From: Eledone cirrhosa
Taxonomy: Eukaryota
NCBI GenBank assembly: GCA_964016885.1
Contig: OZ024740.1
Location: 34,162,001-34,226,000, forward strand
Direction: 5' to 3'
Length of the DNA: 64,000 nucleotides
In this document: positions 36,901 through 50,239 of the stretch, one piece after another
Layout: each line of letters opens with the position of its first letter
Numbering within the stretch: position 1 is the stretch's first letter
Notes under the pieces: generated by a model
Seen by the model: the letters and a program-made list of their open reading frames with translations, nothing else
The model's database searches: none
What the model was told of the DNA's origin: nothing
Made by a program: the position numbers and the translations under genes

Positions 36901-39900
36901 GTAGCCCCAATTCCTAGAACCTCAAGAAACTTCATGTTTGTCAAGTGTAGCCCCCAACTCCTAGAACCTCAAGAAGCTTCATTTTTGTCAAGTGTAGCCC
37001 CCAACTCCTAGAACCTCAAAAAACTTCATTTTTGTCAAGTGTAGCCCCCCGACTCCTAGAACCTCAAGAAACTTCACTTTTGTCAAGTGTAGACCCCGAA
37101 CTCCTAGAACATCAAGAAACTTCATTTTTCTCAAGTGTAGCCCCCAAATCCTAGAACCTCAAGAAACTTCACCTTTGTCAAGTGTAGCCTCCCCGACTCC
37201 TAGAACCTCAAGAAGCTTCATTTTTGTCAAGTGTAGCCCTCCAACTCCTATAACTTCAAGAAACTTCATTTTTGTCAAGTGTAGCCCCCGACTCCTAGAA
37301 CCTCAAGAAACTTCATTTTTGTCAAGTGTAGCCCCAACTCCTAGAACCTCAAGAAACTTCATTTTTGTCAAGTGTAGCCCCAATTCCTAGAACCTCAAGA
37401 AACTTCATTTTTGTCAAGTGTAGCCACAATTCCTAGAACCTCAAGAAACTTCATTTTTGTCAAGTGTAGCCCCCGACTCCTAGAACCTCAAGAATCTTCA
37501 TTTTTGTCAAGTGTAGCCCCAACTTCTAGAACCTCAAGAATCTTCATTTTTGTCAAGTGTAGCCCCAATTCCTAGAACCTCAAGAAACTTCATTTTTCTC
37601 AAGTGTAGCCCACCGACTCCTAGAACCTCAAGAAACTTCATTTTTGTCAAGTGTAGCCCACCAACTCCTAGAACCCCAAGAAAGTTCATTTTTGTATAGT
37701 GTAGCAACACCCCCCGACTCCTAGAACCTCAAGAAACTTCATTTTTGTCAAGTGTAGCCCCAATTCCTAGAACCTCAAGAAACTTCATTTTTGTCAAGTG
37801 TAGCACCCAACCCCTAGAACCTCAAAAAACTTCATTTTTGTCAAGTGTAGCCTCCTCGGCTCCTAGAACCCCAAGAAGCTTCATTTTTGTCAAGTGTAGC
37901 CCCCCAACTCCTAGAACCTCAAGAAACATCATTTTTGTCAAGTGTAGCACCCAACCCCTAGAACCTCAAAAAACTTCATTTTTGTCAAGTGTAGCCTCCT
38001 CGGCTCCTAGAACCTCAAGAAGCTTCATTTTTGTCAAGTGTAGCCCCCCAACTCCTAGAACCTCAAGAAGCTTCATTTTTGTCAAGTGTAGCCCCCCAAT
38101 TCCTAGAACCTCAAGAAACTTCATGTTTGTCAAGTGTAGCCCCCCGACTCCTAGGACCTCAAGAAACTTCACTTTTGTCAAGTGTAGACCCCGAACTCCT
38201 AGAACATCAAGAAACTTCATTTTTCTCAAGTGTAGCCCCCAACTCCTCGAACCTCAAGAAACTTCATTCTTGTCAAGTGTAGCTCCCCGACTCCTAGAAC
38301 CTCAAGAAGCTTCATTTTTGTCAAGTGTAGTCCCCCAACTCCTAGAACCTCAAGAAACTTCATTCTTGTCAAGTGTAGCCCCCCAACTCCTAGAACCTCA
38401 AGAAGCTTCATTTTTGTCAAGTGTAGTCCCCCAACTCCTAGAACCTCAAGAAACTTCATTTTTGTCAAGTGTAGCTCCCCAACTCCTAGAACCTCAAGAT
38501 ACTTCATTTTTGTCAAGTGTAGCTCCCAACTCCTAGAATCTCAAGAAACTTCATTTTTGTCAAGTGTAGCCCCCGACTCCTAGAACCTCAAGAAACTTCA
38601 TTTTTCTCAAGTGTAGCACCCAACTCCTAGAACATCAAGAAACTTCACTTTTGTCAAGTGTAGACCCCGAACTCCTAGAACATCAAGAAACTTCATTTTT
38701 CTCAAGTGTAGCCCCCAACTCCTCGAACCTCAAGAAACTTCATTCTTGTCAAGTGTAGCTCCCCGACTCCTAGAACCTCAAGAAGCTTCATTTTTGTCAA
38801 GTGTAGTCCCCCAACTCCTAGAACCTCAAGAAACTTCATTCTTGTCAAGTGTAGCCCCCCAACTCCTAGAACCTCAAGAAGCTTCATTTTTGTCAAGTGT
38901 AGTCCCCCAACTCCTAGAACCTCAAGAAACTTCATTTTTGTCAAGTGTAGCTCCCCAACTCCTAGAACCTCAAGATACTTCATTTTTGTCAAGTGTAGCT
39001 CCCAACTCCTAGAATCTCAAGAAACTTCATTTTTGTCAAGTGTAGCCCCCGACTCCTAGAACCTCAAGAAACTTCATTTTTCTCAAGTGTAGCACCCAAC
39101 TCCTAGAACATCAAGAAACTTCACTTTTGTCAAGTGTAGCCCTCCAACTCCTAGAACCTCAAGAAACTTCATTTTTGTCAAGTGTAGCCCCCATCTCCTA
39201 GAACCTAAAGAAACTTCATTTTTGTCAAGTGTAGCCCCCCAACTCCTAGAAACTCAAGAAACATCATTTTTGTCAAGTGTAGCCCTCCAACTCCTATAAC
39301 TTCAAGAAAGTTCATTTTTGTATAGTGTAGCAACACCCCCCGACTCCTAGAACCTCAAGAAACTTCACTTTTGTGAAGTGTAGCCTTCCAACTCCTAGAA
39401 CATCAAGAAACTTCATTTTTCTCAAGTGTAGCACCCAACTCCTAGAACCTCAAGAAACTTCATTTTTGTCAAGTGTAGCTCCCCGACTCCTAGAACCTCA
39501 AGAAACTTTATTTTTGTCAAGTGTAGCCCCCCAACTCCTAGAACCTCAAGAAACTTCATTTTTGTGAAGTGTAGCCCCCCAACTCCTAGAACCTCAAGAA
39601 ACTTCATTTTTGTCAAGTGTAGACCCCCATCTCCTAGAACCTCAAGAAACTTCATTTTTGTCAAGTGTAGCCCCCAACTCCTAGAACCTCAAGAAACTTC
39701 ATTTTTGTCAAGTGTAGCCCCAACTCCTAGAACCTCAAGAAACTTCATTTTTGTCAAGTGTAGCCCCAATTCCTAGAACCTCAAGAAACTTCATTTTTGT
39801 CAAGTGTAGCCCCCATCTCCTAGAACCTCAAGAAACTTTATTTTTGTCAAGTGTAGCACCCCAACTCCTAGAACCTCAAGAAACTTCATTTTTGTCAAGT

Positions 39901-42900
39901 GTAGTCCGCACCCCTACAACCTCAAGAAACTTCATTTTTGTCAAGTGTAGCCCCAAATCCTAGAACCTCAAGAAACTCCATTTTTGTCAAGTGTAGCCAC
40001 CAAATCCTAGAACCTCAAGAAACTTCATTTTTGTCAAGTGTAGCCCCCGACTCCTAGGACCTCAAGAAACTTCATTTTTGTCAAGTGTAGCCCCAATTCC
40101 TAGAACCTCAAGAAACTTCATTTTTGTCAAGTGTAGCCCCCCGACTCCTAGAACCTCAAGAAACTTCATTTTTGTCAAGTGTAGCCCCAATTCCTAGAAC
40201 CTCAAGAAACTTCATTTTTGTCAAGTGTAGCCCCCAACTCCTAGAACCTCAAGAAACTTTATTTTTGTCAAGTGTAGCCCCCCATCTCCTAGAACCTCAA
40301 GAAACTTTATTTTTGTCAAGTTTAGCCCCCAACTCCTAGAACATTTGAGAAACTTCATTTTTGTCAAGTGAAGCCCACAACTCCTAGAACCTCAAGAAAC
40401 TTCACTTTTGTCAAGTGTAGCCACCCACCCCTACAACCTCAAGAAACTTTATTTTTGTCAAGTGTAGCCTCCGCCCCCGACTCCTAGAACCTCAAGAAAC
40501 TTCATTTTTGTCAAGTGTAGCCTCCTCGGCTCCTAGAACCTCAAGAAGCTTCATTTTTGTAGAGTGTAGCCCCCCCAACTCCTAGAACCTCAAGAAACAT
40601 CATTTTTGTCAAGTGTAGCCCCCATCTCCTAGAACCTCAAGAAACTTTATTTTTGTCAAGTGTAGCACCCCAACTCCTATAACCTCAAGAAACTTCATTT
40701 TTCTCAAGTGTAGCCCCCAACTCCTAGAACCTCAAGAAACTTCACTTTTGTCAAGTGTAGCCCCCCAACTCCTAGAACCTCAAGAAACTTCACCTTTGTC
40801 AAGTGTAGCTCCCAACTCCTAGAACCTAAAGAAACTTCATTTTTGTCAAGTGTAGCTCCCCGACTCCTAGAACCTCAAGAAACTTCATTTTTGGCAAGTG
40901 TAGCCCCCAACTCCTAGAACCTCAAGAAACTTCACTTTTGTCAAGTGTAGCCCCCCAACTCCTAGAACCTCAAGAAACTTCATTTTTGGCAAGTGTAGCC
41001 CCAACTCCTAGAACCTCAAGAAACTTTATTTTTGTCAAGTGTACCACCCAACTCCTAGAACCTCAAGAAACTTAATTTTTATCAAGTGTAGCCCCATCTC
41101 CTAGAACCTCAAGAAACTTCATTTTTGTCAAGTGTAGCCCCGTACTCCTAGAACCTCAAGAAACTACACTTTTGTCAAGTGTAGCTCCCAACTCCTAGAA
41201 CCTAAAGAAACTTCATTTTTGTCAAGTGTAGCCCCCAACTCCTAGAACCTCAAGAAACTTTATTTTTGTCAAGTGTAGCCCCCCAACTCATAGAACCTCA
41301 AGAAACTTCATTTTTGTCAAGTGTAGCCCCATCTCCTAGAACCTCAAGAAACATCATTTTTGTCAAGTGTAGCCCCGTACTCCTAGAACCTCAAGCAACT
41401 TCACTTTTGTCAAGTGTAGCTCCCAACTCCTAGAACCTAAAGAAACTTCATTTTTGTCAAGTGTAGCTCCCCGACTCCTAGAACCTCATGAAACTTCACT
41501 TTTGTCAAGTGTAGCTCCCAACTCCTAGAACCTAAAGAAACTTCATTTTTGTCAAGTGTAGCCCCCAACACCTAGAACCTCAAGAAACATCATTTTTGTC
41601 ATGTGTAGACGCCCGACTCCTAGAACCCCAAGAAAGTTCATTTTTGTCAAGTGTAGCCCCCCCCCCCTGACTCCTAGAACCTCAAGAAACTTCATTTTTG
41701 TCAAGTGTAGCCCCCCGACACCTAGAACCCCAAGAAAGATCATCTTTGTCAAGTGTAGCCCCCCCCCCGACTCCTAGAACCTCAAGAAACTTCACTTTTG
41801 TAAAGTGTAGCCTCCAACTTCTAGAACCCCAAGAAAATTCATATTTGTAGAGTGTAGCCCCCCACGCCTACAACCTCAAGAAACTTCATTTTTGTCAAGT
41901 GTAGACACCCGACTCCTAGAACCTCAAGTAACTTCATTTTTGTCAAGTGTAGCCCCCCGACTGCAAGAACCCCAAGAAAGTTCATCTTTGTCAAGTGTAG
42001 CCCCCCACCCCTACAACCTCAAAAAACTTCATTTTTGTCAAGTGTAGACCCCCGACTCCTAGAACCTCAAGAAACTTCATTTTTGTCAAGTGTAGCCCTC
42101 AACACCTAGAACCCCAAGAAAATTCATTTTCGTCAAGTGTAGACCCTCGGCTCCTACAACCTCAAGAAACTTAATTTTTGTCAAGTGTAGCCCCATCTCC
42201 TAGAACCTAAAGAAACTACACTTTTGTCAAGTGTAGCTCCCAACTCCTAGAACCTAAAGAAACTTCATTTTTGTCAAGTGTAGCCCCCAACTCCTAGAAC
42301 CTCAAGAAACTTTATTTTTGTCAAGTGTAGCCCCCCAACTCATAGAACCTCAAGAAACTTTATTTTTGTCAAGTGTAGCCCCATCTCCTAGAACCTCAAG
42401 AAACATCATTTTTGTCAAGTGTAGCCCCGTACTCCTAGAACCTCAAGAAACTTCACTTTTGTCAAGTGTAGCTCCCAACTCCTAGAACCTAAAGAAACTT
42501 CATTTTTGCCAAGTGTAGCTCCCCGACTCCTAGAACCTCAAGAAACTTCACTTTTGTCAAGTGTAGCACCCAACTCCTAGAACCTAAAGAAACTTCATTT
42601 TTGTCAAGTGTAGCCCCCAACACCTAGAAACTCAAGAAACATCATTTTTGTCAAGTGTAGACCCCCGACTCCTAGAACCCCAAGAAAGTTCATTTTTGTC
42701 ACGTGTAGCCCCCCCCCTGACTCCTAGAACCTCAAGAAACTTCATTTTTGTCAAGTGTAGCCCCCCGACTCCTAGAACCCCAAGAAAGTTCATTTTTGTC
42801 AAGTGTAGCCCCCCCCCGACTCCTAGAACCTCAAGAAACTTCACTTTTGTCAAGTGTAGCCCCCAACATCTAGAACTTCAAGAAAATTCATTTTTGTAAT

Positions 42901-43039
42901 GTGTAGACACCCGACTACTAGGACCTCAAGAAACTTCATTTTTGTCAAGTGTAGCCCCAACACCTAGGACCTCAAGAAACTTCACTTTTGTCAAGTGTAG
43001 CTCCCAACTCCTACAAACTAAAGAAACTTCATTTTTGTC

Positions 43040-43081
43040 AACCCTAACCCTAACCCTAACCCTAACCCTAACCCTAACCCT
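43040..43081. repeat. Interstitial telomeric tract (AACCCT)7
   Basis: Perfect 42-bp run with the same flanks. Confidence 0.97.
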
Positions 43082-46000
43082 CCAACTCCTATAACTTCAA
43101 GAAACTTCATTTTTCTCAAGTGTAGCCCCCGACTCCTAGAACCTCAAGAAGCTTCATTTTTGTCAAGTGTAGCCCCCCAACTCCTAGAACCTCAAGAAAC
43201 TTCACTTTTGTCAAGTGTAGCCCTCCGACTCCTAGAACATCAAGAAAATTCATTTTTCTCAAGTGTAGCCCCCAACTCCTAGAACCTCAAGAAACTTCAT
43301 TTTTGTCAAGTGTAGCTCCCCGACTCCTAGAACCTCAAGAAACTTCATTTTTGTCAAGTGTAGCCTCCCCGACTCCTAGAACCTCAAGAAACTTCATTTT
43401 TGTCAAGTGTAGCCCCCAACTCCTATAACCTCAAGAAACTTTATTTTTGTCAAGTGTAGCCCCCAAATCCTAGAACCTCAGGAAACTTCATTTTTGTCAA
43501 GTGTAGCCCCCGACTCCTAGAACCTCAAGAAACTTCATTTTTGTCAAGTGTAGCCTCCCCGACTCCTAGAACCTCAAGAAACTTCATTTTTGTCAAGTGT
43601 AGCCCCCGACTCCTAGAACCTCAAGAAACTTCATTTTTGTCAAGTGTAGCCCCAATTCCTAGAACCTCAAGAAACTTCATTTTTGTCAAGTGTAGCCCCC
43701 CGACTCCTAGAACCTCAAGAAACTTCATTTTTGTCAAGTGTAGCCCCCATCTCCTAGAACCTCAAGAAACTTCATTTTTGTCAAGTGTAGCCCCCGACTC
43801 CTAGAACCTCAAGAATCTTCATTTTTGTCAAGTGTAGCCCCAACTCCTAGAACCTCAAGAATCTTCATTTTTGTCAAGTGTAGCCTCAATTCCTAGAACC
43901 TCAAGAAACTTCATTTTTGTCAAGTGTAGCCCCCCATCTCCTAGAACCTAAAGAAACTTCATTTTTGTCAAGTGTAGCCCTCCAACTCCTATAACCTCAA
44001 GAAACTTCATTTTTGTCAAGTGTAGCCCCCATCTCCTATAACCTCAAGAAACTTCATTTTTGTCAAGTGTAGCCCTCCAACTCCTATAACTTCAAGAAAC
44101 TTCATTTTTCTCAAGTGTAGTACCCAACTCCTAGAACCTCAAGAAACTTCACTTTTGTCAAGTGTAGCCCTCCAACTCCTAGAACCTCAAGAAACTTCAT
44201 TTTTGTCAAGTGTAGCTCCCCGACTCCTAGAACCTCAAGAAACTTCATTTTTGTCAAGTGTAGCCTCCCCGACTCCTAGAACCTCAAGAAACTTCATTTT
44301 TGTCAAGTGTAGCTCCCCGACTCCTAGAACCTCAAGAAACTTCATTTTTGTCAAGTGTAGCTCCCCGACTCCTAGAACCTCAAGAAACTTCATTTTTGTC
44401 AAGTGTAGCCTCCCCGACTCCTAGAACCTCAAGAAACTTCATTTTTGTCAAGTGTAGCCCCCAACTCCTATAACCTCAAGAAACTTCATTTTTGTCAAGT
44501 GTAGCCTCCCCGACTCCTAGAACCTCAAGAAACTTCATTTTTGTCAAGTGTAGCCCCCAAATCCTAGAACCTCAAGAAACTTCATTTTTGTCAAGTGTAG
44601 CCCCCAAATCCTAGAACCTCAAGAAACTTCATTTTTGTCAAGTGTAGCCCCCAACTCCTATAACCTCAAGAAACTTCATTTTTGTCAAGTTTGGCCTCCC
44701 CGACTCCTAGAACCTCAAGAAACTTCATTTTTGTCAAGTGTAGCCCCCAAATCCTAGAACCTCAAGAAACTTCATTTTTGTCAAGTGTAGCCCCCAACTC
44801 CTAGAACCTCAAGAAACTTCATTTTTGTCAAGTGTTGCTCCCCGACTCCTAGAACCTCAAGAAACATCATTTTTGTCAAGTGTAGCTCCCCGACTCCTAG
44901 AACCTCAAGAAACTTCATTTTTGTCAAGTGTAGCCTACCCGACTCCTAGAACCTCAAGAAACTTCATTTTTGTCAAGTGTAGCCCCCAACTCCTATAACC
45001 TCAAGAAACTTTATTTTTGTCAAGTGTAGCCCCCAAATCCTAGAACCTCAAGAAACTTCATTTTTGTCAAGTGTAGCCCCCGACTCCTAGAACCTCAAGA
45101 AACTTCATTTTTGTCAAGTGTAGCCCCAATTCCTAGAACCTCAAGAAACTTCCTTTTTGTCAAGTGTAGCCCCCCGACTCCTAGAACCTCAAGAAACTTC
45201 ATTTTTGTCAAGTGTAGCCCCAATTCCTAGAACCTCAAGAAACTTCATTTTTGTCAAGTGTAGCCCCCGACTCCTAGAACCTCAAGAATCTTCATTTTTG
45301 TCAAGTGTAGCCCCAACTCCTAGAACCTCAAGAATCTTCATTTTTGTCAAGTGTAGCCTCAATTCCTAGAACCTCAAGAGACTTCATTTTTGTCAAGTGT
45401 AGCCCACCGACTCCTAGAACCTCAAGAAACTTCATTTTTGTCAAGTATAGCCCCCGACTCCTAGAACCCCAAGAAAGTTCATTTTTGTCAAGTGTTTCCC
45501 CCCCCCCGACTCCTAGAACCCCAAGAAAGTTCATTTTTGTCAAGTGTAGCAACACCCCCCGACTCCTAGAACCTGAAGAAACTTCATTTTTGTCAAGTGT
45601 AGCCCCAATTCCTAGAAACTCAAGAAACTTCATTTTTGTCAAGTGTAGCACCCAACCCCTAGAACCTCAAGAAACTTCATTTTTGTCAAGTGTAGCCTCC
45701 TCGGCTCCTAGAACCTCAAGAAGCTTCATTTTTGTCAAGTGTAGCCCCCCAACTCCTAGAACCTCAAGAAACATCATTTTTGTCAGGTGTAGCCCTCCAA
45801 CTCCTATAACCTCAAGAAACTTCATTTCTGTCAAGTGTAGCTCGCAAATCCTAGAACCTCAAGAAACTTCATTTTTGTCAAGTGTAGCCCTCCAACTCCT
45901 AGAACCTCAAGAAACTTCATTTTTGTCAAGTGTAGCCCCCCGAATCCTAGAACCTCAAGAAACTTCATTTTTGTCAAGTGTAGCCCCCAACCCCTAGAAC

Positions 46001-48169
46001 CTCAAGAAACTTCATTTTTGTCAAGTGTAGCCTCCAACTCCTAGAACCCCAAGCGAGTTCATTTTTGTCAAGTGTAGCCCCCCCCCGACTCCTAGAACCT
46101 CAAGAAACTTAATTTTTGTCAAGTGTAGCCCCAACTCCTAGAACCTCAAGAAACTTTATTTTTGTCAAGTGTACCACCCAACTCCTAGAACCTCAAGAAA
46201 CTTAATTTTTATCAAGTGTAGCCCCATCTCCTAGAACCTCAAGAAACTTCATTTTTGTCAAGTGTAGCCCCGTACTCCTAGAACCTCAAGAAACTACACT
46301 TTTGTCAAGTGTAGCTCCCAACTCCTAGAACCTAAAGAAACTTCATTTTTGTCAAGTGTAGCCCCCAACTCCTAGAACCTCAAGAAACTTTATTTTTGTC
46401 AAGTGTAGCCCCCCAACTCATAGAACCTCAAGAAACTTCATTTTTGTCAAGTGTAGCCCCATCTCCTAGAACCTCAAGAAACATCATTTTTGTCAAGTGT
46501 AGCCCCGTACTCCTAGAACCTCAAGCAACTTCACTTTTGTCAAGTGTAGCTCCCAACTCCTAGAACCTAAAGAAACTTCATTTTTGTCAAGTGTAGCTCC
46601 CCGACTCCTAGAACCTCATGAAACTTCACTTTTGTCAAGTGTAGCTCCCAACTCCTAGAACCTAAAGAAACTTCATTTTTGTCAAGTGTAGCCCCCAACA
46701 CCTAGAACCTCAAGAAACATCATTTTTGTCATGTGTAGACGCCCGACTCCTAGAACCCCAAGAAAGTTCATTTTTGTCAAGTGTAGCCCCCCCCCCTGAC
46801 TCCTAGAACCTCAAGAAACTTCATTTTTGTCAAGTGTAGCCCCCCGACACCTAGAACCCCAAGAAAGATCATCTTTGTCAAGTGTAGCCCCCCCCCCGAC
46901 TCCTAGAACCTCAAGAAACTTCACTTTTGTAAAGTGTAGCCTCCAACTTCTAGAACCCCAAGAAAATTCATATTTGTAGAGTGTAGCCCCCCACGCCTAC
47001 AACCTCAAGAAACTTCATTTTTGTCAAGTGTAGACACCCGACTCCTAGAACCTCAAGTAACTTCATTTTTGTCAAGTGTAGCCCCCCGACTGCAAGAACC
47101 CCAAGAAAGTTCATCTTTGTCAAGTGTAGCCCCCCACCCCTACAACCTCAAAAAACTTCATTTTTGTCAAGTGTAGACCCCCGACTCCTAGAACCTCAAG
47201 AAACTTCATTTTTGTCAAGTGTAGCCCTCAACACCTAGAACCCCAAGAAAATTCATTTTCGTCAAGTGTAGACCCTCGGCTCCTACAACCTCAAGAAACT
47301 TAATTTTTGTCAAGTGTAGCCCCATCTCCTAGAACCTAAAGAAACTACACTTTTGTCAAGTGTAGCTCCCAACTCCTAGAACCTAAAGAAACTTCATTTT
47401 TGTCAAGTGTAGCCCCCAACTCCTAGAACCTCAAGAAACTTTATTTTTGTCAAGTGTAGCCCCCCAACTCATAGAACCTCAAGAAACTTTATTTTTGTCA
47501 AGTGTAGCCCCATCTCCTAGAACCTCAAGAAACATCAATTTTGTCAAGTGTAGCCCCGTACTCCTACAACCTCAAGAAACTTCACTTTTGTCAAGTGTAG
47601 CTCCCAACTCCTAGAACCTAAAGAAACTTCATTTTTGCCAAGTGTAGCTCCCCGACTCCTAGAACCTCAAGAAACTTCACTTTTGTCAAGTGTAGCACCC
47701 AACTCCTAGAACCTAAAGAAACTTCATTTTTGTCAAGTGTAGCCCCCAACACCTAGAAACTCAAGAAACATCATTTTTGTCAAGTGTAGACCCCCGACTC
47801 CTAGAACCCCAAGAAAGTTCATTTTTGTCACGTGTAGCCCCCCCCCTGACTCCTAGAACCTCAAGAAACTTCATTTTTGTCAAGTGTAGCCCCCCGACTC
47901 CTAGAACCCCAAGAAAGTTCATTTTTGTCAAGTGTAGCCCCCCCCCCGACTCCTAGAACCTCAAGAAACTTCACTTTTGTCAAGTGTAGCCCCCAACATC
48001 TAGAACTTCAAGAAAATTCATTTTTGTAATGTGTAGACACCCGACTACTAGGACCTCAAGAAACTTCATTTTTGTCAAGTGTAGCCCCAACACCTAGGAC
48101 CTCAAGAAACTTCACTTTTGTCAAGTGTAGCTCCCAACTCCTACAAACTAAAGAAACTTCATTTTTGTC

Positions 48170-48199
48170 AACCCTAACCCTAACCCTAACCCTAACCCT
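48170..48199. repeat. Interstitial telomeric tract (AACCCT)5
   Basis: Perfect 30-bp run with the same flanks. Confidence 0.97.
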
Positions 48200-50239
48200 C
48201 CAACTCCTATAACTTCAAGAAACTTCATTTTTCTCAAGTGTAGCCCCCGACTCCTAGAACCTCAAGAAGCTTCATTTTTGTCAAGTGTAGCCCCCCAACT
48301 CCTAGAACCTCAAGAAACTTCACTTTTGTCAAGTGTAGCCCTCCAACTCCTAGAACATCAAGAAAATTCATTTTTCTCAAGTGTAGCCCCCAACTCCTAG
48401 AACCTCAAGAAACTTCATTTTTGTCAAGTGTAGCTCCCCGACTCCTAGAACCTCAAGAAACTTCATTTTTGTCAAGTGTAGCCTCCCCGACTCCTAGAAC
48501 CTCAAGAAACTTCATTTTTGTCAAGTGTAGCCCCCAACTCCTATAACCTCAAGAAACTTTATTTTTGTCAAGTGTAGCCCCCAAATCCTAGAACCTCAGG
48601 AAACTTCATTTTTGTCAAGTGTAGCCCCCGACTCCTAGAACCTCAAGAAACTTCATTTTTGTCAAGTGTAGCCTCCCCGACTCCTAGAACCTCAAGAAAC
48701 TTCATTTTTGTCAAGTGTAGCCCCCAACTCCTATAACCTCAAGAAACTTTATTTTTGTCAAGTGTAGCCCCCAAATCCTAGAACCTCAAGAAACTTCATT
48801 TTTGTCAAGTGTAGCCCCCGACTCCTAGAACCTCAAGAAACTTCATTTTTGTCAAGTGTAGCCCCAATTCCTAGAACCTCAAGAAACTTCATTTTTGTCA
48901 AGTGTAGCCCCCCGACTCCTAGAACCTCAAGAAACTTCATTTTTGTCAAGTGTAGCCCCCGACTCCTAGAACCTCAAGAATCTTCATTTTTGTCAAGTGT
49001 AGCCCCAACTCCTAGAACCTAAAGAATCTTCATTTTTGTCAAGTGTAGCCTCAATTCCTAGAACCTCAAGAAACTTCATTTTTGTCAAGTGTAGCCCCAA
49101 CTCCTATAACCTCAAGAAACTTCATTTTTGTCAAGTGTAGCCCCCGACTCCTAGAACCTCAAGAATCTTCATTTTTGTCAAGTGTAGCCCCAACTCCTAG
49201 AACCTCAAGAATCTTCATTTTTGTCAAGTGTAGCCCCCGACTCCTAGAACCTCAAGAATCTTCATTTTTGTCAAGTGTAGCCCCAACTCCTAGAACCTCA
49301 AGAATCTTCATTTTTGTCAAGTGTAGCCCCAACTCCTAGAACCTAAAGAAACTTCATTTTTGTCAAGTGTAGCCCTCCAACTCCTATAACCTCAAGAAAC
49401 TTCATTTTTGTCAAGTGTAGCCCCAACTCCTAGAACCTCAAGAAACTTCATTTTTGTCAAGTGTAGCCCCCATCTCCTAGAACCTCAAGAAACTTCATTT
49501 TTGTCAAGTGTAGCCCCAATTCCTAGAACCTCAAGAAACTTCATTTTTGTCAAGTGTAGCCTCCTCGGCTCCTAGAACCTCAAGAAGCTTCATTTTTGTC
49601 AAGTGTAGCCCCCATCTCCTAGAACCTCAAGAAACTTCATTTTTGTCAAGTGTAGCCTCCTCGGCTCCTAGAACCTCAAGAAGCTTCATTTTTGTCAAGT
49701 GTAGCCCCAACTCCTAGAAACTCAAGAAACATCATTTTTGTCAAGTGTAGCCCTCCAACTCCTATAACTTCAAGAAACTTCATTTTTCTCAAGTGTAGTA
49801 CCCAACTCCTAGAACCTCAAGAAACTTCACTTTTGTCAAGTGTAGCCCTCCAACTCCTAGAACATCAAGAAAATTCATTTTTCTCAAGTGTAGCCCCCAA
49901 CTCCTAGAACCTCAAGAAACTTCATTTTTGTCAAGTGTAGCCCCCAACTCCTAGAACCTCAAGAAACTTCATTTTTGTCAAGTGTAGCTCCCCGACTCCT
50001 AGAACCTCAAGAAACTTCATTTTTGTCAAGTGTAACCTCCCCGACTCCTAGAACCTCAAGAAACTTCATTTTTGTCAAGTGTAGCTCCCCGACTCCTAGA
50101 ACCTCAAGAAACTTCATTTTTGTCAAGTGTAGCTCCCCGACTCCTAGAACCTCAAGAAACTTCATTTTTGTCAAGTGTAGCCTCCCCGACTCCTAGAACC
50201 TCAAGAAACTTCATTTTTGTCAAGTGTAGCCCCCAACTC

